In this document: in pieces, positions 27,695-37,696 of the stretch
Numbering within the stretch: position 1 is the first letter of the stretch
Layout: each line of letters begins with the position of its first letter
Translations under genes and position numbers: made by a program
The notes under the pieces: model-generated
Database searches by the model: none
Seen by the model: the letters and a program-made list of their open reading frames with translations, nothing else
What the model was told of the DNA's origin: nothing
IMG/VR virus record: IMGVR_UViG_3300043811_000176
Location: 756-64,755 of that record
DNA from: a virus
Lineage: Duplodnaviria; Caudoviricetes
DNA: 64,000 nucleotides
Direction: 5' to 3' (one strand)

Positions 27695-28831
27695 TTACCC
27701 CAAACTCAACTTAACATTCTGCCCGCCACCCATCCCGCCCCCCAGCGCCGCAGCGAACGACGAGATCGCCGACATCAGGTCCTTGTTCTGCTGGAGGTCA
27801 AGCTGGGTCAGCATCTGATAGAGCTGCGACGACAGCCCCGTTTCTTTCAAGCCGGTATTCATCATCTCGACCTGGACGTTCGCCATCGCCGCGATCGCAT
27901 TAGTCTGCACGTTGTTCAGATCTTGTGCGAGCGCGGAATTCTGGTTGGGATCGGTTGGCATGCCCTTGGCTGCGTAGCCCGAAACGATACGCGCCTTCTC
28001 GGCGGCGACCGCCTGGTCGAGCTGTGTCTGGAGAGCGGGGGGCAGCTTGCCGGTCTTGAGGTAGGACTCCAGCACCTGTCCGGACTGCCCGAGTTGGGCG
28101 GCCTGCTGTGCCAGTACGGCTTGATTAGGGTCCATCTGGTTGCGATTGAGGAGGTCCATGCCGAGCCCGGTGCCGGCCGCGGCGACGCCCGCCACCTTGC
28201 CAAGGCCGCCAAGGGTCCATTTGGACGGGTTCGTCAAAGTGTTCCAGAAGCCCCCTTCCCCGGCGGGAGATGCGGCAGGGGTCGCGCCGGCTGCGGGCGC
28301 CGCGTCGCCCGTGCCGGTAATTCCGCCAGAAAGTTCGGCGTCGGTCGGGGCGAAACCGCCTGCCGGCGCGCCAGCAGAGGGAACGCCCGTCGCGCCGCCA
28401 AACAGCTCGGCATCGGTCGACGCAAATCCGGCCGGCGACGCTCCTCCACCATAACCGAGCGCACTTTGGATTGCTCCACCGGCAGGCGTACTGCCAAAAG
28501 TAGAAGCAGCATCGGTCGGCGCAACAAGAGAAAGCGGATCGGCAGCCGTAATTGCCGCGTCAGTGCTCGCCCCAGCAGTATTGCCAAAGATGCTGCTGAA
28601 CATCCCGCCAATATCCACCCCTGCGCCCGCATCGGCCGCCGCGCCTGCCCCTGCACCCGCACCAAAGAGCCCGCCGGCTCCCCCCAACAGCGCGCCGCCT
28701 GTCAGAAGCCCGCCGGCAACCAAACCAGCACCTTCCAATGTTTGTCCGATCTCGTTCGGCCGGAACATGCCGGTGATGTCGTTGCCAAGATTACTATCGT
28801 GCCCCTCGACAAGATCCGTTAGGAACGACAT
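27695..28831 (-). CDS. Gly/Ala-rich DNA pilot/ejection protein
   Basis: Gly/Ala hydrophobic N-half, Gln-rich helical C-half; GAGG SD. Confidence 0.65.
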   Translation of the reverse strand: MSFLTDLVEGHDSNLGNDITGMFRPNEIGQTLEGAGLVAGGLLTGGALLGGAGGLFGAGAGAGAAADAGAGVDIGGMFSSIFGNTAGASTDAAITAADPLSLVAPTDAASTFGSTPAGGAIQSALGYGGGASPAGFASTDAELFGGATGVPSAGAPAGGFAPTDAELSGGITGTGDAAPAAGATPAASPAGEGGFWNTLTNPSKWTLGGLGKVAGVAAAGTGLGMDLLNRNQMDPNQAVLAQQAAQLGQSGQVLESYLKTGKLPPALQTQLDQAVAAEKARIVSGYAAKGMPTDPNQNSALAQDLNNVQTNAIAAMANVQVEMMNTGLKETGLSSQLYQMLTQLDLQQNKDLMSAISSFAAALGGGMGGGQNVKLSLG

Positions 28832-28856
28832 CGGCCCACCTCTTCCTCCTGCCTTG

Positions 28857-29045
28857 CTAGTCCCTGATCGAATGAAAGTACGCCAGCCAATCTTCTCGCG
28901 GTAGTCGGCCGATGATTTCGACGCACTTCCCACAATGCTCTCGCGGCGGTTTGCGCCCGGAGATGTAATCTCGCGCCAAGCCGAAACCAAAGCACGCTGT
29001 CAGCTCGGCACCGCAGCGCAAACAAGCTCTGAGCGTGCAAATCAT
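28857..29045 (-). CDS. small Zn-finger protein
   Basis: CLRC..CGKC. Confidence 0.45.
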   Translation of the reverse strand: MICTLRACLRCGAELTACFGFGLARDYISGRKPPREHCGKCVEIIGRLPREDWLAYFHSIRD

Positions 29046-29051
29046 GACGAA

Positions 29052-29525
29052 TCAAGCCTTTACATAGCGTTGCGCCGTATCGTAGATGCGCCCGACTTGC
29101 GCCTTGATCATCTCGGAAGGGACGTCGGTGCTGTTCTCGACATGGATGTTTTTTGCCCCCAGTCCCTTGGCCCACTTCACGATGCGCGGGTAGAAGAACG
29201 CCGCCGCCGCCTGCTGCTTGGCGTCGGACGGGGTCTCGACCCACACGAACCGCTCCCACACGATCGGATCAGGCTCCAGACCGCCGGATCCAACCAACTG
29301 CGCGAGCGCTACGGCTTTGTCCTGAAACAGGAACTGGAACTCGTTGGAATAGATGATCCCGCGCAGGAAACCGATCGCCGAGCGCTCGTTGAGGTGCGGG
29401 TATTTCTGCAAGAATCTCGGCATGAACCACGTCGCATGGCGGTCCATGTCGGGGAGTTCGAACCGGCGCACGTCGGCGGGCGCGAGGACAGGCGGCGAGA
29501 CGGTTTTTAAGGCTTCAGCGGGCAT
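29052..29525 (-). CDS. GNAT-fold-like virion assembly protein
   Basis: 'VRRFELPDM..IVKWAKGLGAKNI'; lies between nozzle and ejection genes. Confidence 0.5.
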   Translation of the reverse strand: MPAEALKTVSPPVLAPADVRRFELPDMDRHATWFMPRFLQKYPHLNERSAIGFLRGIIYSNEFQFLFQDKAVALAQLVGSGGLEPDPIVWERFVWVETPSDAKQQAAAAFFYPRIVKWAKGLGAKNIHVENSTDVPSEMIKAQVGRIYDTAQRYVKA

Positions 29526-29527
29526 TG

Positions 29528-29860
29528 TTACAACCCCAAGATGTTACCGAGCCTATTGTGCTCGTCGTTGTGCAAGGCGATCCATTGTCGCATGTAATCA
29601 GTGTCTTGCCAATTGACCCAGGTGAGGTCGTAGCCGGCGCCGCCGACCGCGGCCCAGGCTTGGTTGTGCATGACCTGGTGCTGCCACGCCCAGTTTCCGA
29701 GATTCTCGGGGTCGAAGGGATCGAGCAGGTACTCGACGACCTGGACGCCCATCGTCTGAAAAATGACGCGATTGATATCGCGATGCGAGGTCATGTTCGA
29801 GAACGACCAGCTCATCAGATCGTCGGAACTTTGCGGCAGAAATGCAAGATCGTCAGCCAT
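29528..29860 (-). CDS. hypothetical His/Trp-rich structural-module protein
   Basis: Repeated 'W..H..xH' pattern. Confidence 0.6.
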   Translation of the reverse strand: MADDLAFLPQSSDDLMSWSFSNMTSHRDINRVIFQTMGVQVVEYLLDPFDPENLGNWAWQHQVMHNQAWAAVGGAGYDLTWVNWQDTDYMRQWIALHNDEHNRLGNILGL

Positions 29861-30453
29861 CAGATCAGGCCCCAGGCCACGAAACGCTCCTGTTCGAACA
29901 GCACTAGCGGCTGCGCCTCCGCCAATTCATGCAAGTACCTGACGACACCGGGCCAGCCGATATCATAGTCATCCCACAAAATTACACCGTCCGGACGCAC
30001 GAGCTTGAAAGCGCGATCGCTATCGGATTTTACCGTCTCATAATCGTGCCCGCCGTCTATAAAAACCAGACCGGCAGAATGAGGCGCAACAGGAATATCG
30101 ACGGTCGCGGAATCTCCCACAATCAAAATAGGCTTGTTGGGAATGTCCAAATCGATGAAATCGGAGCCCGGAACATAAGCCGGGTACTCGTAATCATCTC
30201 CCGAGTGTCCCAGATCGATCGTGTACACCTGCTGCTCGGAATTAAGCGCCATGTTGCATGCGCCGCGCCCCGTGAAAGTTCCGAATTCTACGATAGGACC
30301 TTTAGATCGCCGAGCCAGAAGACTGAGAAACACGTAGTTGGCTTGGTGCGTCATATGCCCGAATTGCAAATCGCTAGTGAGCAAGGACACAGGAAAATCA
30401 AACCACGACTTAAAGGTATGATACGTGCTCGGAACTACTAACACGCCCGTCAT
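29860..30453 (-). CDS. class I SAM-dependent methyltransferase (Methyltransf_24-like)
   Basis: 'IVEFGTFTG', 'VFIDGGHDYE', 'GVILWDDY'. Confidence 0.85.
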   Translation of the reverse strand: MTGVLVVPSTYHTFKSWFDFPVSLLTSDLQFGHMTHQANYVFLSLLARRSKGPIVEFGTFTGRGACNMALNSEQQVYTIDLGHSGDDYEYPAYVPGSDFIDLDIPNKPILIVGDSATVDIPVAPHSAGLVFIDGGHDYETVKSDSDRAFKLVRPDGVILWDDYDIGWPGVVRYLHELAEAQPLVLFEQERFVAWGLI

Positions 30454-30454
30454 T

Positions 30455-32710
30455 TCAACCTCTATACGACACCGGCTTGTCGTCCATCATGACGGACACG
30501 ATGGCCATGTCGGCGCAGTTCGTGCGCAGCGTGAAGCCGGTCAAGATGCCCTGCTGCCCGATCGCCAGCGGAGGGATCACATAATGCCCTGTCGCAGCCG
30601 GCCCCGCAATCGTGTACTGAGCCGAGTTGTAGGAAATCGTGCCGGAGCCGGGATCAGTGTAGACGGCATCGGCGAACAGCGTGATCGACGGCTGTGAGAT
30701 CGAATAGTAATCCAGCGTGCCCCAGAAGCGCCCAGGCGCCTTGGTCAGCATGTAGCCGCCGGGATCGCCCCAGAGCTTCGACTGAATCTGCTTGGTAAAG
30801 TTGGATGGTGTGTTGAACAGCGGCGCCACGATCGTTCCATCAGTGCCGTAAGCCGTGAAGACGGAATTGATTTCCAGACTGTCGATGAAAACTATACTCA
30901 TCGTCTGCGGCGACGAGAACCAGTGTTTGCCGTCCCACATCGTCGGCTGCGTAACGGTCGCATTCGTGATCGGATTTACGAAGGTGGACAGCATCATCCA
31001 CACCTCGCGATTGAATATGGTCTGATGCGCCGCGGATACAGCAAGCCCGCTCATAGGCGCATTCCAGATGCCGTCGAGCATGCCGCTGACCTTGATCGGC
31101 TGAGCGCCCGATATGATGTAGGTGCCTATCGAGTTCGAGAACAGGATGTCCTGCCCATGCAGGATCACGCTCCACGGGAAAGGCGTTCCGATCGTCGGCG
31201 CCGCGTTCTGCTTGGTGAAGGTCGTGACCGGAGGCGTGCCGGCAGTCTGCACGCCCGAAATGTAATCGATCGAGGAATCCGCGATCAGGTAGAGGAAGCC
31301 ATTGGACTGGATCAGGCGCGTGTACCCGATCTTGAGATAGGAATCGGCCGATTGCGCCGAGCCGCCTCCGTCGCTTGTTGCGAAATCGTTGACGGAACCA
31401 GGAGCTGACCACGAATAATTGTTCTGACTTGCAACCCACACATGACCGGAATAGGTCTCGACCGCGTTGCCGCTGACGCCGTATGGCATGAGGGTGACGG
31501 TGCCCGCGGCCGTGGAGGCTGTATCGGTTATGACGACGGTAGGCGCGACATTGGCAGTCATCTGCCCGCCGGAAACGATGCTGACGGAAGTAATCGAAGA
31601 TCCAGCCCCGGAAACGCTGGCAGTCAACACGGGCGACGACGTGATGGTGTTCGCAGAAGACGAGACGGTAAAAGTCAAAACAGGAAAATTGCTGTAATTC
31701 TGGCCTCCGGCTACGATCGTGTCGCTGCTTATGAAATAATAACCTGTATCTGTAATACTGGCAGTAGGGACAACAGAGTTTTGATACCCACCGCCCGTAT
31801 AGGTTATGCTGGTAAGCGCTCCAGCCGATTCATAGGCTTTTATCTTCAAACCCGCGCTGGGAAATGGATCGCCGCCCGTGACATTCACTTTGACATTCGG
31901 TCCATAACCGGAACCATCTGCCGTCAGCGTAGGATAGGCAGTGTAACCGCTGTTGGGGTTGCCGACCAGGGTTATGACGATCGCGCCCCCTGATCCGCCG
32001 GCATGATGAGACAATCCCACGGTTATGGTCGCCAATGATCCAGACTGATTGCCGCCCGAGAAAGTCAAGGTAGGAGTATCGCCGACCAAATACCCGGTGC
32101 CGGGATTGGAAATTTGAACCGATACGACCGAACCGTTGTTTATGGACGACGTGAACACAGCGCCGGAGCCGCCGCCGCCTACAAGACCGATAATGGGTTG
32201 CGACACATACCCCGAACCGTTGTGAGTTAGAGTAACTATAGGCCCTATAGTACCGGCGGCGTATGTGATCAAGCCGTCCCACAACCAATAGCCGTTCGTC
32301 TGGTTGGCGACAATGATGGCATATTGCTGCCCCCACTGGGACAAACCGATCTGCAATTGGTTTACGGTCGATATCGATCCGGCCGGTAGAATCGCTATGA
32401 CCGCTGCGGTGTTGACATTGACCGCGACAACCGACCCGTCCGACTGGAACAGGATCATGTAAGGAACGGTCGAGATATTAACGAAGCCGAAAAAGACGAT
32501 CGTGATCCCGCCCGGAGCCGTGTAGAGCGTCGCGCCCACATCGTAAAGAGTACGGCAATTGTTCTTGTCGAGCGGCATGAAGCCGTCGAACCAATAGACT
32601 TGGTTGTCGGGAACGCCTGCGCGCGTGGTCGAGGTATTGCAGCCCTCGAACTGATCCATGATGAGCGGACCAGGAGGGGCGGGGATGTAGGGGTTTTGTT
32701 GGATGGGCAT
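30455..32710 (-). CDS. tail nozzle/stabilisation protein (P22 gp10-like position) with inserted beta repeats
   Basis: Follows adaptors; central 'GSGY..P.I..GGGSGA' repeats; 'WSAPGSVNDF'. Confidence 0.65.
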   Translation of the reverse strand: MPIQQNPYIPAPPGPLIMDQFEGCNTSTTRAGVPDNQVYWFDGFMPLDKNNCRTLYDVGATLYTAPGGITIVFFGFVNISTVPYMILFQSDGSVVAVNVNTAAVIAILPAGSISTVNQLQIGLSQWGQQYAIIVANQTNGYWLWDGLITYAAGTIGPIVTLTHNGSGYVSQPIIGLVGGGGSGAVFTSSINNGSVVSVQISNPGTGYLVGDTPTLTFSGGNQSGSLATITVGLSHHAGGSGGAIVITLVGNPNSGYTAYPTLTADGSGYGPNVKVNVTGGDPFPSAGLKIKAYESAGALTSITYTGGGYQNSVVPTASITDTGYYFISSDTIVAGGQNYSNFPVLTFTVSSSANTITSSPVLTASVSGAGSSITSVSIVSGGQMTANVAPTVVITDTASTAAGTVTLMPYGVSGNAVETYSGHVWVASQNNYSWSAPGSVNDFATSDGGGSAQSADSYLKIGYTRLIQSNGFLYLIADSSIDYISGVQTAGTPPVTTFTKQNAAPTIGTPFPWSVILHGQDILFSNSIGTYIISGAQPIKVSGMLDGIWNAPMSGLAVSAAHQTIFNREVWMMLSTFVNPITNATVTQPTMWDGKHWFSSPQTMSIVFIDSLEINSVFTAYGTDGTIVAPLFNTPSNFTKQIQSKLWGDPGGYMLTKAPGRFWGTLDYYSISQPSITLFADAVYTDPGSGTISYNSAQYTIAGPAATGHYVIPPLAIGQQGILTGFTLRTNCADMAIVSVMMDDKPVSYRG

Positions 32711-33657
32711 CAAGCCCCGCCAGAGTAGCGGCCGTAAGGATTTGTCCTCCTGGATACACGTGCCGCATTGCTATATCCCAAACAACGGCGATTAAACTGG
32801 TCTTCATAAAAGCGTGCAGCGTTCAGATTCTGTAAAGACATATAGCATAAAGAAGCCGCCCAGTACGCAACCGCATCAGTCCACGGGTCTGGGATCACCT
32901 CCACACTTAAATCAGTAATCAAATCCTGCGGTAGGCAAAAACAATCCCATTCCATTTGATAGGCTTGGCTGGGAATAGGGTACATATAAAAAGAACCGTT
33001 GCTACCCTGACCATACTGGGCGCAAACGGCCGGCACATACTGCCATTGCTGAGCCCATATACGAATTAGCGCCTGATAAGTGCTGAAATCGTAGCAGAGC
33101 AGACTGTAGCGAAAACCGCTATACAGAAGACTTACTGACTGAATCGCATAAATCGACTGCACTCCAGGGAACGGGCTTAAATTCACCTGTGAAAAAGGAT
33201 AGACCTCCTGACCTTGGCTTACTTGGTTGACGTAGGACAGAGTGGGCGTGATCGACGCTCCCGTTCCCGTCGCATCCGTAATCGAGAACGCAGGCTGCCA
33301 ATAGCCCGCACCACCATAGCCCACATTGACGCCCGTGATCGAACCTCCAGAGACAACCGCCGTAATCGTGCCGCCTTGGCTTCCATTCGGGAATGGCGCT
33401 GTGCCAGAAGGAAAATCCGGAGCCGTGAGCGTGATCGTCGGCGACGACGAATATCCCGAACCGCCTGCAACAACCGATCCTCCTATGACTGCCCCGGTAA
33501 TGGGCGTGAGCACGCGCACACATTGCGTCCGGATCGCAATTTCCCGGCGCGCCCGGTTGATGTACTTGATGATGTCCTCGGGATCGAGCAAGTCCTGCTT
33601 GACGTCCCGGAGGAAGGCTTGCGTGTCCTGCATATACCCGTTTAGCGACATGGGCAC
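32710..33657 (-). CDS. head-tail adaptor, paralog 2 (with inserted GGSGY module)
   Basis: 'YINRARREIAIRTQC'..'IPDPWTDAVAYWAA'; GTG after GGAGG. Confidence 0.7.
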   Translation of the reverse strand: MPMSLNGYMQDTQAFLRDVKQDLLDPEDIIKYINRARREIAIRTQCVRVLTPITGAVIGGSVVAGGSGYSSSPTITLTAPDFPSGTAPFPNGSQGGTITAVVSGGSITGVNVGYGGAGYWQPAFSITDATGTGASITPTLSYVNQVSQGQEVYPFSQVNLSPFPGVQSIYAIQSVSLLYSGFRYSLLCYDFSTYQALIRIWAQQWQYVPAVCAQYGQGSNGSFYMYPIPSQAYQMEWDCFCLPQDLITDLSVEVIPDPWTDAVAYWAASLCYMSLQNLNAARFYEDQFNRRCLGYSNAARVSRRTNPYGRYSGGA

Positions 33658-33668
33658 GGGACGCCTCC

Positions 33669-33697
33669 CTTGCCAAACGTAGTGCATTTCACTACAA
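33669..33697 (+). promoter_or_regulatory. promoter with overlapping palindromic operator upstream of HNH gene
   Basis: CTTGCC-N17-CTACAA; CGTAGT-N7-ACTACA at 33678-33696. Confidence 0.55.
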
Positions 33698-33704
33698 AGA
33701 GAGG

Positions 33705-34244
33705 ATGACAAAAAGCAGAGTACACAGACGTACCATAAGCGACGGACTGACGCGAAAATTTCTCAATGAAATTCTGCGCTATGATCCATCGACAGGAACG
33801 CTTTACAATCGATATCGCCCAGAAAAAAGCAGTTACTGGAACAAACGATTCTCCAACAAAAAAACGGGAGGCTTGCACTCCTACGGAGGCATCGGAGTGT
33901 GGGTCGATGGAGTCCTGTATCAAGCTCACTGCCTCATATGGATCATGATGACAGGCGAACATCCATCGCCGGAAATAGATCACATCGATGGTGATCGCGC
34001 GAACAATAGATGGAAAAACCTGCGAATAGTTATGCACGCAGAAAACATGAAAAACCAAAAACCAAGAAACGGAAGCCCGCATAAAGGGGCAAAGTGGAAC
34101 AAGCGTATGGGTCGCTGGCAAGCAGCCATAACGGTAAATTACAAACGTCTGCATCTCGGTACCTTTGACACCGCAGAAGAAGCTCATGGCGTATATTGCA
34201 AAGCTGCCAAGAAGCTTCACGGTAAATTTGCACGCCTGGAATAG
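33705..34244 (+). CDS. HNH-AP2 homing endonuclease
   Basis: 'LRYDPSTG', 'IDHIDGDRANNRWKNLR', 'HLGTFDTAEEAH'; inserted antisense between the adaptor genes. Confidence 0.92.
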   Translation: MTKSRVHRRTISDGLTRKFLNEILRYDPSTGTLYNRYRPEKSSYWNKRFSNKKTGGLHSYGGIGVWVDGVLYQAHCLIWIMMTGEHPSPEIDHIDGDRANNRWKNLRIVMHAENMKNQKPRNGSPHKGAKWNKRMGRWQAAITVNYKRLHLGTFDTAEEAHGVYCKAAKKLHGKFARLE

Positions 34245-34246
34245 GC

Positions 34247-35026
34247 TCACTGCCCGGCTCCAGTATTTTGTTGAATTGATAATTTGTTGATGGTCGTCGG
34301 ATCAGACTGCCGCTCATATAGATATCGATTGACGCTGGGCGCCGAAGCCTGATTAGCCCTATCAACAAACATCTTGTAGAGATCAAACATCTTCTGCGCA
34401 TCCTCGATCCGCGCCGAGGACTGAGCCGACATCAACGCCAGGTAAGCCGCATAGTACGGCACCGCATCCGTGAACAGATAGGGGATCGCCTCGACGTCGG
34501 TGTCCAGCGCCAAGGCGTTCGGGTAGCAGGAACAATCGATCAGGAGCGAATAGACGAGATCGGGCGGCGGATCGAGATAAAAGCTGCCAGAGTTCATCGA
34601 CCCCGAGCCTATCCCGGTGATCGAGCCTTGCCCCGACCCGCCTTGAGCAAATTGCGACCAGCGCTGCGGCGGCCCCGCCACAGGCACCGGGTTGTTCATG
34701 TAGTAGAGCCAGAAATAGGCCCAGGCGCGCGGCCGGAACCACTGATAGCCCGACGCGACCGCGTAAAGCATCTGCCGGACGTTGATGACCCCAGCGAGGC
34801 CCGTCGTAGCGCTCACACCGATATTGATCGACGAGAAGTTGTAGTTGCGCTGGGCGAGCACGGTCGAGAGCGTGCCCAGATAACGGCAACACTCTGTTTC
34901 GGCAGACAACTGCCCGCGCGCCTGATTAATCCAAGCGGTGATGTCGGGGGTCGCGTAGAGCTGGTTCGCTGCCGCGGCGGGGTACTGCAAGAGCTGTTGG
35001 GTGCGCGTCTGGTAGGTCGTGAGCAA
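34247..35026 (-). CDS. head-tail adaptor, paralog 1
   Basis: 'WINQARGQLSAETEC'..'IPYLFTDAVPYYAA'; TTG after AGGAGG. Confidence 0.7.
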   Translation of the reverse strand: MLTTYQTRTQQLLQYPAAAANQLYATPDITAWINQARGQLSAETECCRYLGTLSTVLAQRNYNFSSINIGVSATTGLAGVINVRQMLYAVASGYQWFRPRAWAYFWLYYMNNPVPVAGPPQRWSQFAQGGSGQGSITGIGSGSMNSGSFYLDPPPDLVYSLLIDCSCYPNALALDTDVEAIPYLFTDAVPYYAAYLALMSAQSSARIEDAQKMFDLYKMFVDRANQASAPSVNRYLYERQSDPTTINKLSIQQNTGAGQ

Positions 35027-35050
35027 GGCTCGCCTCCTTGCCCCTATATA

Positions 35051-35302
35051 TCACACAGGCAGCAGGAAAATCAGCCCTTTTGCAGGATTGCTGCGCTCTG
35101 CATCGATCGTCGCTTTACGCACAACCCCACCGATCTGAAAGTTGATCTGCTCGTTCCGCGACATCCGCTGCCCCTGCATTCCGGGGGTGATGTTGGTGTC
35201 GTCGATTTGCGCCGAAGCCATCAAAGCGTCGTTTGCCGAGAACCCGCAGTTGCTGCTGCCGATACCGGCGACGAACGTGATGCTGAAAGTCGGTCCTGCC
35301 AT
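35051..35302 (-). CDS. hypothetical protein
   Basis: Tightly packed in head operon. Confidence 0.6.
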   Translation of the reverse strand: MAGPTFSITFVAGIGSSNCGFSANDALMASAQIDDTNITPGMQGQRMSRNEQINFQIGGVVRKATIDAERSNPAKGLIFLLPV

Positions 35303-35303
35303 G

Positions 35304-36566
35304 CTACGTCTTCAAGGGCTGCATGACCACGAAGTCAGGACGCGATCCCATCGTCAAGGTGATCGTGCTGGTGCCGATAACCGACCCCGTCCCAGCCAGC
35401 AATATCCCAGCGCCCGCTGCCATGACCGGGGTCGGGACGCCGTAGAACAGGCCGCCGTCATAAATGATCCCGGTTTGCGCCGCGACCGTGCCAGTGGCGC
35501 CAACCGCAAGCACGGCTTGCAGCGGCCGGGGCCGTGCAAACAGGCCGTAGTTCGCACTGCCGGCGCTCACCGCGCCGCTGACGAGATAAACCGGGGCGTT
35601 GGTGATTGTGCCGGTGATCGGCGTCGCCGGCCCTGCGGCCTGCGGATAGCCGCCAACGCTGGTCAGAAGCGCCGACACGGTGCCGCTCGTAAGCGTCGAA
35701 CCGCCGATCACACTGGTGTTGACGACCGTCTGGCACATAATCGCAGAAATCGTGCCTTGTGTGCCAGCGCCGGAGAGAGTGAGCGTGATGTTGTTTGGAG
35801 TCGAGAGCGGAGCGCCAGGATTGGCGCAGAGCACGCCACAGATCGAACCGGATCCGGTCGTCGAGAACGTGATCGTCGCAAGCGTGATGCCGGTCGCGAT
35901 ATTCGGATCGGTCGGATTCGGAAGACAAGTAACGGTGAAGGTCGTGCTGCCCTGATAACCGGCACCCGGATTGGTGAACGTGAAGCCGGAAACCGTGCCC
36001 GAAGCAATCGTGCAGTAACCGGTCGCCTGGATGCCGCCGACACCGTTCGCGTTGTTGGAAGGACCGGGGGGAGAGGGGAGAATGGCGATCGGAGCCACAC
36101 CGTACCCGGCCCCAGCGTTGGCCGTAACGATCGTCGTCGTCGAAACAAGAAGCTGCCCGCCGATGATCGGCGTCCACAACGAGCCGCCGCCGCCGGTCAC
36201 CGCAATCGAAGTCGTCGCCTGCACGTAGCCGCCAGCCCCGTAATTATTCACAAGGCCGCCGACCGGGCATCCAGTCAAGTTGGCGATGCGATAGCTGAAG
36301 CCGTCGCTCTGGAGATAGATCAACCCGCTGTCCCAAGCCGCGGTGGAGACAATCGTCCATGTCCCATTGACGGGATCGAGCATCTGAAGGACGCAGTACG
36401 AGCCGAGCCCGATCAGCCAGTCGCCGCGAGGGATCGGCAACTGATCGCCAGCCGCGAGTCCGACTTGGTTGTTGTTGAAATCGTAGGGCGCGTTAAACAG
36501 CTCGCTAGGATACAAATTTTGAGGTAATTGAAGGCCTACAGAAGGACCTGAAAGCGGGCCAGGCAT
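35304..36566 (-). CDS. Thr/Gly-rich capsid decoration/head-fibre protein
   Basis: Directly after MCP; GAGY repeats; GAGGAG SD. Confidence 0.65.
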   Translation of the reverse strand: MPGPLSGPSVGLQLPQNLYPSELFNAPYDFNNNQVGLAAGDQLPIPRGDWLIGLGSYCVLQMLDPVNGTWTIVSTAAWDSGLIYLQSDGFSYRIANLTGCPVGGLVNNYGAGGYVQATTSIAVTGGGGSLWTPIIGGQLLVSTTTIVTANAGAGYGVAPIAILPSPPGPSNNANGVGGIQATGYCTIASGTVSGFTFTNPGAGYQGSTTFTVTCLPNPTDPNIATGITLATITFSTTGSGSICGVLCANPGAPLSTPNNITLTLSGAGTQGTISAIMCQTVVNTSVIGGSTLTSGTVSALLTSVGGYPQAAGPATPITGTITNAPVYLVSGAVSAGSANYGLFARPRPLQAVLAVGATGTVAAQTGIIYDGGLFYGVPTPVMAAGAGILLAGTGSVIGTSTITLTMGSRPDFVVMQPLKT

Positions 36567-36579
36567 TTATCAGCTCCTC

Positions 36580-37626
36580 TTAGAAGGCGTTTCCGCCAAA
36601 ATTGACTGCAATCGCACCCGAAGACGACTTCGCGCTCACAACGTTGTAGCCAACGACCACGACGCCTTGCTGCCCGATCTGCCCCAAGGGCACGAGCGAG
36701 TAGAACCCGCTGAAATCGAACGCAGCGTCTTCGGATAGATACATCGCCGTGTACTTGACGTTGGGAAAGACGGCCGTTCCCTGCGGAACGAAGTGATCGG
36801 CAAAAATCGGGATGCCCGAAACATTCAGGTTCGGGAACGAAGTGCGTCGGCTGGTGTCGATCGAGTAATTTCCGCCCGGATCCACAAACGCCGTTTCGTT
36901 CGACACAAAGTCCTTGTTCAGGGTCGCGAAGTCGCCAGGGTTGAGAACCCCGTAAGTCGGCGCCTCGCCGCCAGCCGAATCGGTGATATTCGCCAGCATC
37001 GTGGCCATCGTCGCGCGGGTAAAGCCCGAGATCGACACCGACGTATAAGAAGTGTTCGTAGCCGTATTGATGTACTGGCCTTTGAAAGCCGAGTTGCCCG
37101 CTGCGTTGCGCGAGATACCGCCATAGCTTGGAAAATTCGTGCCGCTGTCGAAAGCGTCGAGGAAGCTGTTGGGGAAGAGCGAATTCGACGAGTTGTTGGT
37201 GTAAAGCAGTCGCGCCATGTTCTGGCGCGTCACCGCAAACACATCATTCATGCGCGCCTTGAGCAGGCTGATCTCGCGATCGGTCGCCTGGAGCACGGCT
37301 TCGCCGAAGGGAAGCGGAACGGGGACAACCCAGTAAGCCAGGTTCCACTGTCCGTTCTGCACGCCGGGGGTCACGTTGGGAGAGTTGAACCCGCCGCCGT
37401 AACCGGTGAATTGGCCTTGGACCATCGACTGTCCCTGCATTGGGATAGTGATCTGGTTCAAGCCGCCGGCTGCGCGTTGCGCATTCCCGGTAAGGTAGAA
37501 CAAAGAGGGACTGCCGAAATAAATCTGGACAAAGAGGCGGGGAACGAATGCCCTTCTCGTGGCGGCTGTCAGTTCAGTATAAAGGCTGCCGGCCGGGGGC
37601 GCGACACCGATTCCGGGGAGTGGGAT
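36580..37626 (-). CDS. major capsid protein (348 aa, ATC start)
   Basis: Follows scaffold; 'LNVSGIPIFADHFVP' HK97-like C-terminal motif; AGGAGG at 37637-37632, ATC at 37626, in-frame TAG at 37638-37636. Confidence 0.85.
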   Translation of the reverse strand: MPLPGIGVAPPAGSLYTELTAATRRAFVPRLFVQIYFGSPSLFYLTGNAQRAAGGLNQITIPMQGQSMVQGQFTGYGGGFNSPNVTPGVQNGQWNLAYWVVPVPLPFGEAVLQATDREISLLKARMNDVFAVTRQNMARLLYTNNSSNSLFPNSFLDAFDSGTNFPSYGGISRNAAGNSAFKGQYINTATNTSYTSVSISGFTRATMATMLANITDSAGGEAPTYGVLNPGDFATLNKDFVSNETAFVDPGGNYSIDTSRRTSFPNLNVSGIPIFADHFVPQGTAVFPNVKYTAMYLSEDAAFDFSGFYSLVPLGQIGQQGVVVVGYNVVSAKSSSGAIAVNFGGNAF

Positions 37627-37696
37627 GGCAGCCTCCTATTTAATTAACTGGTTGTGGGCGGACGATCGCCACCCTCCGATGCCCGGAAGTGGCATG

